Source of the DNA: Dudresnaya verticillata
Lineage: Eukaryota
DNA length: 64,000 nucleotides
Assembly (NCBI GenBank): GCA_977862235.1
Contig: OZ374561.1
Coordinates: forward strand, 930,001-994,000
Direction: 5' to 3'
The position numbers were made by a program, and so were the translations under genes. The stretch's first letter is position 1, and the number at the start of each line of letters is the position of its first letter. The notes below the pieces were generated by a model. It ran no database searches. It was not told the origin of the DNA and worked only from the letters and a program-made list of their open reading frames with translations. This document shows positions 45,843 to 58,154 of this stretch, in pieces.

Positions 45843-47696
45843 ATGTCCAAGATAACAGCAATTGCTGTGAATGTTGTCGCTTTGCTTGTTGCTACAGCTG
45901 TGGTAAACGCACAACATCCATGCACTCGGTCCACACAGTGCAATGACGGCAACGATTCAACGCTCGACTACTGTGACCCGCTTTCATCTGTATGCCTCTT
46001 TCTTGTCCCTAGAGATGCCGCCACCTTGCTAGCCCCCGTAAACGTTCTACCGCTGAGCAAATCTCAAAAGCTTGACATCATCTATGCTGCATCTGATCTC
46101 TTTCAAAATGTCAATGTCAATTTCTTTCTGTATAAGAAGATCTACAACTTCAACACCACTTCAGCGTTTGAGTCGTTGGCAAGCAGCCCTTCTCTCGTCA
46201 ACCTCACGAATCTGGAGTTTCATCAGGAAATGATCAAGATATTCAGCAGCGCAAACGATCGACACGCTCGGTATACAACTCCTCCCATTCTAGCCACCAA
46301 CATTGCCACTCTCGGGATTACTGTTGGCAGATATTTCGACTCTGCGGACTCGGTTCCTTTAAGCAAACGACGTCGTTACGTAGTTAGTGATATCGCGAAA
46401 GGCGTCGCTGAGGGGTCAACGTTCTCTACTGGGGTCGAGCTGGAAACGTGGAATGGGGCCCGGATTGATAAAGCCGTGCAAATGCTTGGACGTGCATCAT
46501 ACGGGGCGAACGTCGCTGCGAAAATAGCTCGCGGTGTCGATCTGCTCTACATCAGGAGATTGCGGCTGGATCGCGTGCCTAAGAGCCCGTCTGTGAAAAT
46601 TGGCTATCGGCTAGAGAATGGTTCTGTCGACACAGTGAGGCTTCCCTGGGTCTTTAGCAATCTCCTGGAGTCGGTTAAGCCCGATGCTCTCTTCTTGCAC
46701 TTGGAACGCGACTGGGTAGGCCAAGATGGAATGCATAGAGTGCAAAAGGAAACAAAAGGCACTGCTTTGGACTTGGACACTCCAGGACGAAGCGAGACAT
46801 CCTCGAAAGGAGCTTCATGTTTCAACAGAACTTGGATAGAAGTGAACCCAGAGTTCCAAACCCTGTTCTCCGCGGAGATACTGCAAACACAGACCGGTCC
46901 GATAGGGCGTGTGGTGCTGCCAGGTTTCCTGATCCCATACTTCAACACCGACATATTGACGGCGGTCTCAGCGGAGCTCGCAAGAATCCTGGGCCTGATG
47001 CCTGCGAACGGGCTGATCTTAGACGCTCGCTCAAACCGTGGCGGTTCGGCATTGTATGCAAAAGCAGTCGTAGAGCTGTTCGCGGACGAAGCGACGGCAC
47101 TGCCAGACTACCCGCTAACGGCGCGTGCAACAGACGTGAACAAAAAGATCTTTAGCACAGAGCCGGTGAACGCGGCAGAGGGAGAGAAGCAGCTGCTTGT
47201 GGCATTCAATCCGGCAATACTGACGGCGAGGAGGGCAGGCGAGGAATTTAGCGGGCCAGTTACTGGGGTGTTCAAGCTTTCCCTGCTACGCCCCTACGCA
47301 CGGCGCAAGCGGGTTTACTTTGGGCCTGTTGTGACGCTGATCAACGCGAAGTCGTACAGCGCGGCTGAGTTGTTCGCGGCACTTCAAGTTGACTACAACA
47401 CGTCTGTTGTTGTGGGGACGGACACGCGAACTGGCGGCGGCGGTGGGTTGCCGTTGTCGTACAGCTCGTTTTTGAGGATCTTCCCGCGCGTGTTCAGAAA
47501 GCTCGCGGCGGGAGCGGACTTCAGCACCACGTTCTTGAGGTTCTATCGCGGCGGGGCTAACTCTGGGGCGCTTATTGAACACTTTGGGGTGACGCCGCAT
47601 GTGCGGTATCGGCCGACCAAGCGGGATGTTGTTGACGGGGATTGCGACTTGTTCGAGTTTGTGGGGCGGCTGCTACGGACGCGGACGCGGATTTAG
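45843..47696 (+). CDS. Secreted S41-family (tail-specific) serine peptidase, 617 aa
   Basis: Signal peptide; LILDARSNRGGS; catalytic SYSAAELF; VGTDTRTGGGG; IEHFGVTP; degenerate PDZ-like region; N-terminal CNDGNDSTLDYCDP disulfide repeat. Confidence 0.9.
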   Translation: MSKITAIAVNVVALLVATAVVNAQHPCTRSTQCNDGNDSTLDYCDPLSSVCLFLVPRDAATLLAPVNVLPLSKSQKLDIIYAASDLFQNVNVNFFLYKKIYNFNTTSAFESLASSPSLVNLTNLEFHQEMIKIFSSANDRHARYTTPPILATNIATLGITVGRYFDSADSVPLSKRRRYVVSDIAKGVAEGSTFSTGVELETWNGARIDKAVQMLGRASYGANVAAKIARGVDLLYIRRLRLDRVPKSPSVKIGYRLENGSVDTVRLPWVFSNLLESVKPDALFLHLERDWVGQDGMHRVQKETKGTALDLDTPGRSETSSKGASCFNRTWIEVNPEFQTLFSAEILQTQTGPIGRVVLPGFLIPYFNTDILTAVSAELARILGLMPANGLILDARSNRGGSALYAKAVVELFADEATALPDYPLTARATDVNKKIFSTEPVNAAEGEKQLLVAFNPAILTARRAGEEFSGPVTGVFKLSLLRPYARRKRVYFGPVVTLINAKSYSAAELFAALQVDYNTSVVVGTDTRTGGGGGLPLSYSSFLRIFPRVFRKLAAGADFSTTFLRFYRGGANSGALIEHFGVTPHVRYRPTKRDVVDGDCDLFEFVGRLLRTRTRI

Positions 47697-48398
47697 CTGC
47701 TCCACGAGAGGCGCAGCGCAGGCGCGCTGGAAGGCGTGAAGATGGGATTGTGGAGCGCGGGCGAGCTTGGCGCATGACGACGGAGGAAACTTGGAGGACA
47801 CCGCTGTGACCCGACGCTTTCCGACCAATCACGCATGGAGAAGAGAAGCTTACACTAAACGCGCTGCTCGCGCGCTACAGTGTTGGGCCTGTGGCACTAC
47901 CAATCATACATTCAACTGCGGCTGTGCCGCACAAAAGGCGTCCCGGCCGTGCTTGCGAGCTCAGCGCAGGCGCGATGCTTTCTGCGTGCGCGGGAGAAGG
48001 CAGCTACGAGCGGCGAGCGGCGAGCGGCGCGCGAGGAGACCCGATGGTAGATGAGTCCAGGCGGGGTGCAGGTCGCGAAGAACGGGTGACAGGCATAGGT
48101 GCATGTTGCTGCACACCATTGCATTGCACGCTACGATGACAGGCGTTGTACAGCCGGTATGTCGAGGCTTGAGGTGGTTGACAACGCTTCTGGAGTTTCT
48201 GTTTTCGAGTGGCACTCTGGCCGTTGTGGTCGTCTCCTTCAGGCGGCCATCACCGCTGTGCGCGGTTCTGAGGGAAAGTAGTGAAACCACTTGCTGCGGA
48301 GCGCAAGTTGTCGCGCCTGAGTGCTTCCGGCCGTGTCGCTCAGAGCTCGCGGCGTGGTGACGATTAAACGTTTATATTGTCGCGCGACAGAGCAAAGG

Positions 48399-48881
48399 CT
48401 ATGCCTCAAAGTACATGTTGTCATTAGAGGTCTTCTGCTCGTCAACTTGCATGATCTCAACCGTCTTCCCCTCCTTGAGAATCTGCCACGTGCGAATCCT
48501 GGAGGTATCGGTGAGCAGCCTAATAGTCTCGTAAACGTCCTCATCGGTGCCTTTTCGCTTTCCGTAAAACAAGATGGCGCCGTCTCCGATGGGGATGGTA
48601 TAGCCCTCGACGAGGTGATTGTCATAGATCTGGTTTCCGTTGCGCATCTCCGCGGCAAACTCGTACACAACCTCGCGGCCGTCATCCCACATGTACGTGT
48701 TGCGCTGCGCCCAGCGGCTGCCTCGCACGCCGATCTCCAGCTTGGCGCGGTGGCGGTCCAACATACGGCCCGAGTACGGGTCCAGGCGGCGGAACGTGCC
48801 CTCCCACACGCCCACGTGCTTCAGCAGCGACGGCGGCCACTCCGACCCGCAGCCGTACGGGCCTGGCGCGCCGGGGGGCAT
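48399..48881 (-). CDS. Small beta-barrel protein, DUF3598-like; 5' end uncertain
   Basis: HVGVWEGTF...QRNTY.WDDGR...YETIRL...RIRTWQ pattern recalled from lipocalin-like DUF3598 proteins; coding GC bias. Confidence 0.65.
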   Translation of the reverse strand: MPPGAPGPYGCGSEWPPSLLKHVGVWEGTFRRLDPYSGRMLDRHRAKLEIGVRGSRWAQRNTYMWDDGREVVYEFAAEMRNGNQIYDNHLVEGYTIPIGDGAILFYGKRKGTDEDVYETIRLLTDTSRIRTWQILKEGKTVEIMQVDEQKTSNDNMYFEA

Positions 48882-50053
48882 TGCTGCGCTGGTAGACCTG
48901 ATATCTTGGAGCGTGCAACAGAAGGGTGCGGGCTTTCCAGGCTCCACGCTGCAGATGTGCACGGCTCAAGATGAGCAGAGTTTGGACTTCGCTGCTTCCA
49001 CGTGCGAGGCGAAAGAGCGTTCGCGCTTGGCGGGTGCGGATCGCGATCAAGCGGAAAGCAGTTGCAATCGCGATTCGCGTTCTCGTGCTTGTGCTGATGA
49101 ACAGTAGAAGATTTAGGCTTCGCAGCCTTTCTTGTCGGCGACGCAAGTTTACGCGCAACAGAATAGACCGCAGCCCATCTCCGATAAAGGGTTTAGGACC
49201 TTGTCCCCCCCCCCCGCTCCAGATATACTCACCAACTCGTACATATCTTCCCGTGCGATGCGCATACTTCGATGCCGCTCATGTGGCCCGCTGTGCTTTT
49301 CCATCACCGCCAATGCATCGATTTGTCACCAGCCGCGATGTCAATACCTCTCTTGACACCGCCCAGTCACAGTCCGTCGCAAGCATCTCCGATACCGTCA
49401 GCTACACCCCAAGCACAAGGAACGGTGGCACAGTTACAAAGTCCTCACGGCAGGCAGCGAAACGCGCAAGTCCCACCCGTCAGCGCAGCCGTACGTTCCC
49501 GTTCTCGCGACAAGAAACAACACGCGATGCTGCTGTGATGCTACGCTTTACTGTCCCTTAACGTGAGTAGTTTCTGTGCCGATATCACACAACACTCTCA
49601 CTCTCCACCCGCCGCTGCCGTTTGGAGCGCGATTGTGAACACGCCCAACAGCCCCTACGGCACTGCGGGTACTGCTGTACGTGGCCAATAGCAAATCCCC
49701 GACACCGGTGCATTCCAACATTTGCCAACACCGACAACGTGCTCGCTTCGCGCCACGGAAGCGCCCTCTCCGCGCACCCCACGCGGGTGAAGGAATAAAG
49801 TCGTGCGCTGCCTCTGCAACCGCCCGAAACACGCCGCAATGCAGCTGTACCCCGTCCGCGCGCACCAATGGCTCTCGTACAGCGCGAAGCGCGGCGACCC
49901 CGCGGCAAATGGGCACGGCCCACCGACGCAGCGTTGTACTTGTATCTCACCCCGTTCCGTCAGTTCGCGCTACGCCATATGCCAGCCGCACAACCAGCAA
50001 TGCTTGCATACCAAATCTGCCCGAGTAAAGCGCCAGCGCGCTCCAGTACAGCG

Positions 50054-50079
50054 CCCCCCCCCCCCCCCCCCCCCCCCCC
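50054..50079. repeat. C26 homopolymer
   Basis: 26 consecutive C upstream of the RBR gene start. Confidence 0.95.
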
Positions 50080-50350
50080 AGAACTTCTTCACCAGCGTCT
50101 TCTTCCTCCTGCGCCCGTCGAGCTGCAAAGTCCCCCGCAAATCCACAAACCGTCTTGTGTCCTGTATGACACCCTTGCCTTATCAACCTCAATTAGAAAC
50201 TGTAACTGCGCGCTGCCCCCCGACGTGTTTGACTGCTCTGGAAAAAGAGAGCAGAGACGGCGACACCACCCAAGTCATCACGGCCGTGAACGCTCCCGAC
50301 AAGTCTCAGCCTGCTCCCGAGAGTGGTCTCCCTCGACGCGACCCAACACT

Positions 50351-51673
50351 ATGGAAGAAGAGGAACATACTCTTAGAGAGCCTGTCGGACACACTGTATC
50401 AGTCCCCATTGCTTCGGCGCAACAAGTACCCATATATGTTGTAGATGACGCTCAAGAGGTCGTATCATCTATGGAAATACAAGCGCAAACTGCAACCGAA
50501 GCTCAGACCCAAACCTCAGCTACTGTACCTGAACCAGTCGACTCGCACCGCGAGGAATCTGAAGTTGCTCCGGAACCCAGCTCTGGGGTGTTGGAAGCTT
50601 CTGCACAAGATGATAGAGCATCTCATGTCGATGAAGTCGAGCCATCTGCACCAGTCGACATGGACATTGTAGTATCGGACGAACATGCTCAACAAGTAGG
50701 ACGAATCGACTGTGCTCACTGCGTGCTTCCAACAGTCATCAGCGACCTTTTTACCGCTCCGCTTTGCGGTCATGTCGTGTGCGTATCTTGTTGGCGGCTA
50801 TATATCGTCAACTCTGCCCTCGAACAACTTTTCTTCCCGCTTCCATGTCCTGTGTGCTTGGTGGCCCTGCCAGACTCGTTTGCCCTCCAACTTGTTGCCG
50901 ACGACAGAAACCTGTATTCGATAGTTTCTACGTTCATCGCGCGGATGCATCAACGCTTTCGAATACGTTCCGCTCCAAGCTTCAGACTCTTCGATGCGCA
51001 GGCTCAGAGAAATGTGGGAAGCCCCTCTGGTCCCAATACTCGGCGCTGCATAGTTTGTCTTGAAGACTTTTCCGAACAGCAATCTGCTAGCACATGTAGC
51101 CATTCATTGTGTCCTCAGTGCTTGCGCAGATATCTGCATACCTTAAGTCGCGAAAAGCAAAGCTTTCCTCCTTGTTGCCCACAATGCAGTCAACCTTTAG
51201 ACCTTCAAGTTTGTTTCCAACTTTTGAAGCCGAACCCGGAATTGCTGCATGAATTTGAGAAGTACATCATTCTCAAGGAGACCATGTCAAATGTCTCATA
51301 CTGCGCAAATCCTCGTTGCAATACCCCGTTTGAATGGAGTGAAAACGTCGACGAACAATGTGCTGGTGAGCGACACAAGGTTCGGTGCCCTCTGTGCCCC
51401 GCAGTTACGTGTGTACGCTGCAAAGAAATTTGCGAAATGGGACAACCGTGTAGGTCGTGCTCTGATGTTGGCTTTTTGGTAACTGCCTGCCTCAGTGGCT
51501 GGAGAAGATGTCCCAATTGCTCCATCATAATTGAAAAGATAAGCGGCTGTAACAAAGTGCGATGCCGGTGCGGTGTCACCTTCGACTATGCGTCAGCCTG
51601 TACCGTAGGCCAAAACAACCCACAGGTACTGGGAGTCCTCGAGTTACAGGAAAGGCTACCGGGAAGCAGCTGA
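50351..51673 (+). CDS. RBR (RING-IBR-RING) E3 ubiquitin ligase with an extra N-terminal RING
   Basis: RING CAHC..CGHVVCVSC..CPVC; RING1 CIVC..CSHSLCPQC..CPQC; IBR CANPRC..CPLC..CVRC; RING2 CPNC..IEKISGCNKVRCRCG. Start taken at MEEEEH; the upstream ORF extension crosses the poly-C run. Confidence 0.9.
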   Translation: MEEEEHTLREPVGHTVSVPIASAQQVPIYVVDDAQEVVSSMEIQAQTATEAQTQTSATVPEPVDSHREESEVAPEPSSGVLEASAQDDRASHVDEVEPSAPVDMDIVVSDEHAQQVGRIDCAHCVLPTVISDLFTAPLCGHVVCVSCWRLYIVNSALEQLFFPLPCPVCLVALPDSFALQLVADDRNLYSIVSTFIARMHQRFRIRSAPSFRLFDAQAQRNVGSPSGPNTRRCIVCLEDFSEQQSASTCSHSLCPQCLRRYLHTLSREKQSFPPCCPQCSQPLDLQVCFQLLKPNPELLHEFEKYIILKETMSNVSYCANPRCNTPFEWSENVDEQCAGERHKVRCPLCPAVTCVRCKEICEMGQPCRSCSDVGFLVTACLSGWRRCPNCSIIIEKISGCNKVRCRCGVTFDYASACTVGQNNPQVLGVLELQERLPGSS

Positions 51674-52365
51674 AAGCACGATCCCGTTCGCGAAAGAAGT
51701 AAACCACTATCGGGATCTGCACATGTATAGAAGCAGATTGCAGTGTTGCGCAGATATTGTTATTACATTCCACCCCTACCGAGCCCGTTTTGTAGACTCA
51801 TTGTGCATTGGCGTCTACGTTAAGTCCGAAACAAGGCTAGCTCAGTTTACCTGCAACGTTTGAGAACACTCTTCACAGTCTACTGGGCGGTTCTTTATCT
51901 GCACTAAGCTGATGAGCTAATCATATCACTCTCAAAGCTTGTCAGTCTAACCCTCATCTCATTCTAGTGGTTGTGGGAGATAAAGTGCTTACCCATTGGC
52001 AATGCGAGGGCCAGTTGCAAGACGTTTCATGCAATATGAGCGTGATTCCAAATACGAGCTACTTGGACCTTAGGAAACCAGCATCAGAGCACCTACCGTA
52101 GATTTGAATGTCATCCATGTTAAAGTTTTGCGCGAATACGCCCATGCACTCATCTAGTTGGCACACACACACACACAAGAACACAAGTGCCCGTACCTCG
52201 ACAGGTCAACAGACAGTTAAACGGAGCTGTATCCCTATATAAAGCCACCTCACGGCTGCTCAGCCTCATTGTCAACTCAAAGAAGCCACGCCCCAGTCTA
52301 CATCCGGACAGGCTTCCTGCTGAAACAGGGTTTCCCGCTCAATACTGTGTTCAAACTCTAAAGCC

Positions 52366-52861
52366 ATGCATTCGCACTCTTCTTTTGACAGCCTTGATAT
52401 TGTTCTCTTTTCTGCAGAAGAACTACTAAGCTCGAATCCCTAACAATGGTTTGGAAACAGTAGCTGGGGTGCACACCGGTTTGAAGGACTGTCAAGGGCA
52501 AATACTTTCGTATTGACTTTAAGAATGCGATTTCCGCAGCATCACCAATCTGGAGTGTAAACCTCACGGATCCGTCGAGGTTCCCAGCTTTAGCCGGAGT
52601 AGATTTTCAATCTACTATTGTGTACAAGTCAGCATCAAAAGCGGGGAGTTTCTATTTACTCACTATCACCTTCGTGCAGCAGAAGTTGTTGCTGTCCCAA
52701 TAGTTGGGCGGCACAGAGTCTCATTCTTGTTTGAGAGCCTGGGCAAAACTCGAAGGGCCAGCAATGTCATCAAGACTGGGCAGTTGTCCGTGTTCCCGCA
52801 CGGGCTCATTCACGATATTCAATGCATCAGTAAGGTGGGTTGCCGATTCTGGTATTGTTGA
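52366..52861 (+). pseudogene. Germin/spherulin-like cupin pseudogene
   Basis: Cupin box 1 GEFLFTHYHLRAAE (H at 52661) and box 2 GQLSVFPHGLIH (52778-52813) are in one frame. Upstream RFPALAG is in another frame. Signal-like LLLTALILF, TATATAAA near 52235, stops and frameshifts. Confidence 0.75.
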
Positions 52862-54389
52862 AGTTGAGAGGAAGACATATCTTTGATGGGCTGTACAGGG
52901 GAACGAAGGCTTCAAAACTGACAAAAGGTTTTTGGGTCCACGTAGGGCCCGACCGAAGGTCTACGGTCTGGCTCTGTAAGACCAATCTCGACACGCTTAT
53001 TCGTAGTGGAAATACCTTCTCTTCATTGAAACCACTTGGAACGTTTGATGCGTCCTATCAGTCGCTCCCATAACAGTGCAAGTGATTCTCATCGAATGCT
53101 ACGCCACTAGGGATGCCTTACTCGTGTCTTTCCTCTACACAAAATTGAGAAAATAATGACGACACAATATGGTAATCAACGCTGCCAGAATGCCGATATA
53201 ATACTTGGCAGTCGCTAGATCATCGAACTTGGTGCTTTCGATAATTCTGAGCTTTTGATTCCGACATCCGACTTGGTACTTCCGATAACTCTGAGTATAT
53301 CGATTCGGGCGATACATAGACCTTTACTGTGCGAAGCCGTCAGCGTGCTGACCAGCACACTGTTGACAGTCAACTTCCCAACATGATGATCTGTGGTCCA
53401 TCTCGTGAAGGAGTTTCGGATCCGCTGAGTTCTCGTCTCTGTAAAGGAGCTACAACTGCCGTCTATGTACGGCTTTCCAATTCAAAACCGTGGCTGTTCA
53501 ACGAAAATTCTACTATTAAATTGCAAGTGCAGACGCAAGTGCATCGAGAATTGGATACAGCAAATCAAAAAGCACTGTAGGAGTTCTTTTTAGTGATTGC
53601 AATAGGAACAGTTTCTTTGCATATAAAATCCGGGCCATTCGGAGCCGAGACCTGCTCGCGGCTCATGAGTACAAACAGAATCGTCCCTTGTCCAGCTGCA
53701 CGAGTCGTGCTACACGACAACTGCAAGCCACGTCTGAGACATGATGACTCGCACCTAAGCATTGTGCTTCCGTTGTTAATCTTACTGTTAATTTTCTCAT
53801 TCTCGCCGGCAGCACGTGCAAGCATTTGTTTCCACACTAATTCTACGAGAGGCCTTCTACCCGAAGAGAACTATCAACGTCGCGAAAGCAAAAGCCGTTC
53901 GCGTCCTCCCGTGCCTCGACAAGCCTTCCAGTCTACTGTTGTGAAAAATAAGGATGGATATGTAGTATCTCCTATAGATGTAACGAGGGAAGAGTCCAGC
54001 CTAATACAAAGTGCGCACAAGCGCGTGTGAAGTCCCACTAGATGACGCTGTTTACTGAGTTGTTCTTGACGCCCCCAGGTGCCCCGCGCTTGCTGCAATA
54101 GGAATTTGTACACTGTTTACACCGTAGGTAGCTTTACTAATCGATGCAGACAACAAGTGTCAGGTTATCGGCTATGCTCCTCGGGGACCGGATGGACTGT
54201 ACTACATTGGTACTAATCAAACCCAGGCCTGCAAAATTGGAATCTCTAACCGAACCTATCTTGGAAGCGCAATGATGGCTGTCGTTAAGAAGGTTTTATC
54301 ACCTTCTATTGACAACCATGCATCTCATTGCAATTTTAGCAAGCCTGGATGCCAGCTATCCGCAAAAGTTACTCCGCCCCTAGACTCTG

Positions 54390-55219
54390 TGGATTCCAAT
54401 TCCAAAGCTACAATTGTTCGCTCCGCCAAGCCATTTGAATATGGTGTATGAGGTGTAGTTCTAGAGGTGATAATGCATTCTGCTTCAAGAATAACTATAG
54501 CTTTCTTAAACTCACCTCCTCCGTCGTAGTGACATGATAAAATTGGACATCCTGACTGGTGCTCTACTCTTCGGACATCAAAGAGAAGAGCACGACTGGC
54601 GTCCTCTTTAGTCTTCAAGATTGAAGGCGTAATTTTTGATTATTCAGGACTTCTCATCCGTGACAGCAAGAAAGTAGCGGTGTCCACACGACGATATTGG
54701 TGTTATAGGACCCTTCACATCCGCATGCAAGTGACCCAGGTTTTGGGCTTTGGTGAGGGAGACAGAGAACTGCTTTCTATACTTTCCAGTGAGACAATGC
54801 TCACAAGATTGCTTTTTGCACGTCGGTTTCGGTAAATCTCCACTGCGGAGTAGGGACCGAATCGTTCCAAGGCTTCCAATATGCCCAAGACGATTATGCC
54901 AGATTTTGAGATAGTGCTCTGAGACTTTGTCCTTTGGACCTGGACATTTGTTCTGCTTTGTATCAGAGAAGGACTCAAACCTAGATGTTTTTGTATCCTG
55001 GTTGACAGCAGGAGTAGGGTCATTTTCCACTTCGGAATTTGACGTATAGTCGATAACTCCCAGTGGCTTGTCAAGATTTGCCAATAGAGCTTCATCATTA
55101 CAATAAAACGAGTATGTCTCGGATGTGGTAGACGATGTATCAGAAAAGCTAGAATAATCATCCTCTTCATCCGTCTCAACTAGAGGTGGAGTATCATTAT
55201 CAGAATTGGAATTCAACAT
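54390..55219 (-). mobile_element. Degenerate Copia pol fragment (pre-integrase and integrase), a different lineage from 7914-14612
   Basis: IWHNRLGHIG..CEHC, LHADVKGP, RYFLAVTDEKS, then after a disruption HYDGGGEF, TPHTPYSNGLAERTI. Confidence 0.88.
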
Positions 55220-56867
55220 AAGGGGTTCCTGCCCAACGGCTGTTCTCCCTACGTGTCGGAGCGCTTAAATACACACCAGTCGACTTCCAATACTCTGAAA
55301 CCAGCTCTCCAGGCTATTGCACTATCGTTCTTTCCTACTTTCTCTGCAATTCAAGTAAACTACAAGATGACACTGTAGAACCAGACAAAGTACAGTATTG
55401 TACAAATACAATTGCAGGTGTCCGTGAGTTCTGAGGTCCGCAGTTTGCCACGCGCAGTCGTAGGAGCAGTTATCGCTGCTGACAACTTGCCACGCCCAGC
55501 CACGTCCATCCACAGCCGCAGATATCCTTGATGAGAGCTTACCAGGTCCAGACACCAGCCACCACAGTATAATTGAAGTACTTGCGGAGGTTGACGAATG
55601 ACATGTCGAACGTACCAGCCTCCCGGAGATTTCAACATGTACCAACGTGTTGCCGGACGGAGAAAAAGTTCTTAGGCTGCGCAGGCCCGAAGCGCTTCAA
55701 TAAAAAGAGCCGGGCCTATCTTGGTGATGTCTCATTGAGAAGGGCGTTTCACACATCCTTGCTATATCAAAAGGGATGAAGCAATTCTTCTTCTCTTGCG
55801 ATGTTAACGTGCCAGACCATAGACTAGTGCTGCAACAAGGCGTTCTTACGAACACAGCACCTTACGTCAACCTATTGCATACGATGAGATCTATGTGACT
55901 GACTCTGTGTGTGTGCTTGCTATGGATGTTTTCCTAGCGCTTTCAAACTGCGGACGACTGGGACCAAAATGCCTTTCCCCTGTCGAGACACTTGTGTAGT
56001 TGTGATTCATGCGAAACACCTCGTCCCATCATTTCAACACGACCGGTCTGTTGGAGATCACTGACAAGATTGCTGAGCAAAGCAAAAGATATCTGTTTTC
56101 GCTCTAAAGAGAAAAAAGCAATATTTGGATGAATGGTCGTCCCCAACTTGCGAAAGTTGGACATTCGGAAACGACTATTTTGTTGGATCCACGTGTAGTA
56201 GTTGTTCTCGTGCACTATGGCTATACGAAACAAATTGCAAGACACTACGATTCTACCATTCTAAAGTAAGCAGCACGAAATACCTTTATAACTCAGGCAT
56301 TGAGCCTTTTCACGCAGCCAAAAGGGGGACACATGGAGCAAAGCGCAGCTTCAGAAATCGAGAGGCTGCAGCTGAGATGGCCTTGTATCCAACCAATGGA
56401 TTTGCAGTATCCTGACACTGCTGGAACGGCTGGGTTGGTTGTTTCTGTTTTCTCTCGCAAGTGCTGCTGAACAATCATGAAGCGAAACGAAAACAAGAAA
56501 TAATGCTTTACCATCACTTGAGGCACTGTCCCCAGTCAGGGCTCAAAAGAACACAGTGCTTTAATGCAGTTGATGATAATATAGAGGTCCCACCAAGGTC
56601 TCGTGCTTTCCGACACCTCCGTCAGGTGTACTTACCGTCACAAGCCCTTGGTAAATACCGTGGGTTTACGGCTCCCTGTGCTCCATACTTGGAGCACTTG
56701 AGTTCACCCCTATCCGCAATGCGCGATTATGCGCTGTGCTGTTCTGGTTGCGCGAAAGTTTCAAATCGATGCGGTTGTTGCGGTCTAGGCAAAGATAGGT
56801 TTCGGAAACGAGCCAATAATGCCCGGATGGATCGCCTTCCGCTTTCGGAGGGATCCATATCCCTTAA

Positions 56868-57196
56868 TCAGGACCATGCACTGGTGAGATATATTCGGAG
56901 AGTCAAAAGGTTGCGCCATCTCCCCTTGAAGGAGATGGTTTCAGTAGGCATTCCGTTACAGTAATCTTGAAGGGCGCTGCCGCGCCGAGCAGAATGAGTT
57001 GGGAACTTAAAACCTAGATAGCCGCAACGACGCCCCGCTTCTTGTAGTGCGGACAAGTATTAGTGGCAAGACAGACTGAACACCTTATCATTTTCAGTCA
57101 GACTCGGTTGGCAAACGCGTCTGGCGTCTAAAAAGAGATTCAGAGCATGGACAACCGACGCTTCTCGTATAGACACAAATTGCAGCGGTCCGGTCT
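56868..57196 (-). mobile_element. Tyrosine recombinase C-terminal fragment (DIRS/Ngaro-like relic)
   Basis: KTGPLQFVSI...(stop)...THSARRGSAL...GRWRNLLTLRIY contains the HxxR, GRW and catalytic Y motifs. Confidence 0.78.
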
Positions 57197-58154
57197 TTGC
57201 TTCACGAATGGCGCACTCCTGAAAACACAATTAGTGTAGGGGAAGCAAAATCTCAACCTATTGTACGTAGTTGCTGCTTTTCTGCGCCCCAGACTGTAAC
57301 TGGGCCTCTCCTATATTTTGGCACTTTGCTGCGGTGCCGGGGAGGGAGGGTGCGGGTAGCAGTCGCCGCACGAGAACACCGCCGCTGTTATGCCGGCTAC
57401 CAGTACGCTGTTGCTGTTTATGCTCATGCATCTGCTTGCATCTGCATATCCATGGATACCTTCATCACTGAAACGGCTTTGGGCTTTGAACGTAATCATT
57501 AGATTTAGCTATTACATCTACCGGCATTTGCATATGCCTCGTTCCGCTCTTGGGTAGTTCATGGCTATTTGTCGGCTCACGAAGAATACCAAGCTTTGTT
57601 TGCTACAGGTCTTGAGCTTCAGACCCAACCTCGTTCGTGGTTCGGGATCATGATCAGTACAGTCACCTTCCTGGTAGAACTATGTGACAAGGGTACCCCC
57701 TCAATGGGTCCCACCGGCTGCATTTGCGTAGTACGAACGTTTGTCTGCGGCCATGGTAACGGTGTTGTGTCTCTGAAACGGCTAAGATGAGCATCCGGAA
57801 CACGCATGGCAGGCTCTTGATGCCGTGCTTGTTCCTCCTACGGTATTAAAATCAAATCGCTGCTGTTCGGGATTTGTAAGTGGAGCTCAAAACAAGCGAT
57901 TGTGGGATAGAGCTCAAAACGGCTTCGCTGACAGTTTCTGCCTTTCCAGCAATGGACGCTTGTCTATCTCTTCCATATCAACATGATATCGGGAGAAGAA
58001 CGTCCGGCTGGCTTCCGATGTTCCACCGGTCACGGCTCTTCCTGCCTCCAAAGTTTCGTGCCTTGCCAGCATTGCCGCTACACCGGGCAACACAATGTCG
58101 TCACGAGGCAAACAAAGGAGCCCGACCACGCGAAACACGCTGGACAAAACACGA

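Noticed and set aside
55293..55303. PBS-like TGGTTTCAGAG on the minus strand upstream of the Copia fragment
   Set aside because: One mismatch and no adjacent LTR-terminal CA; may be chance.
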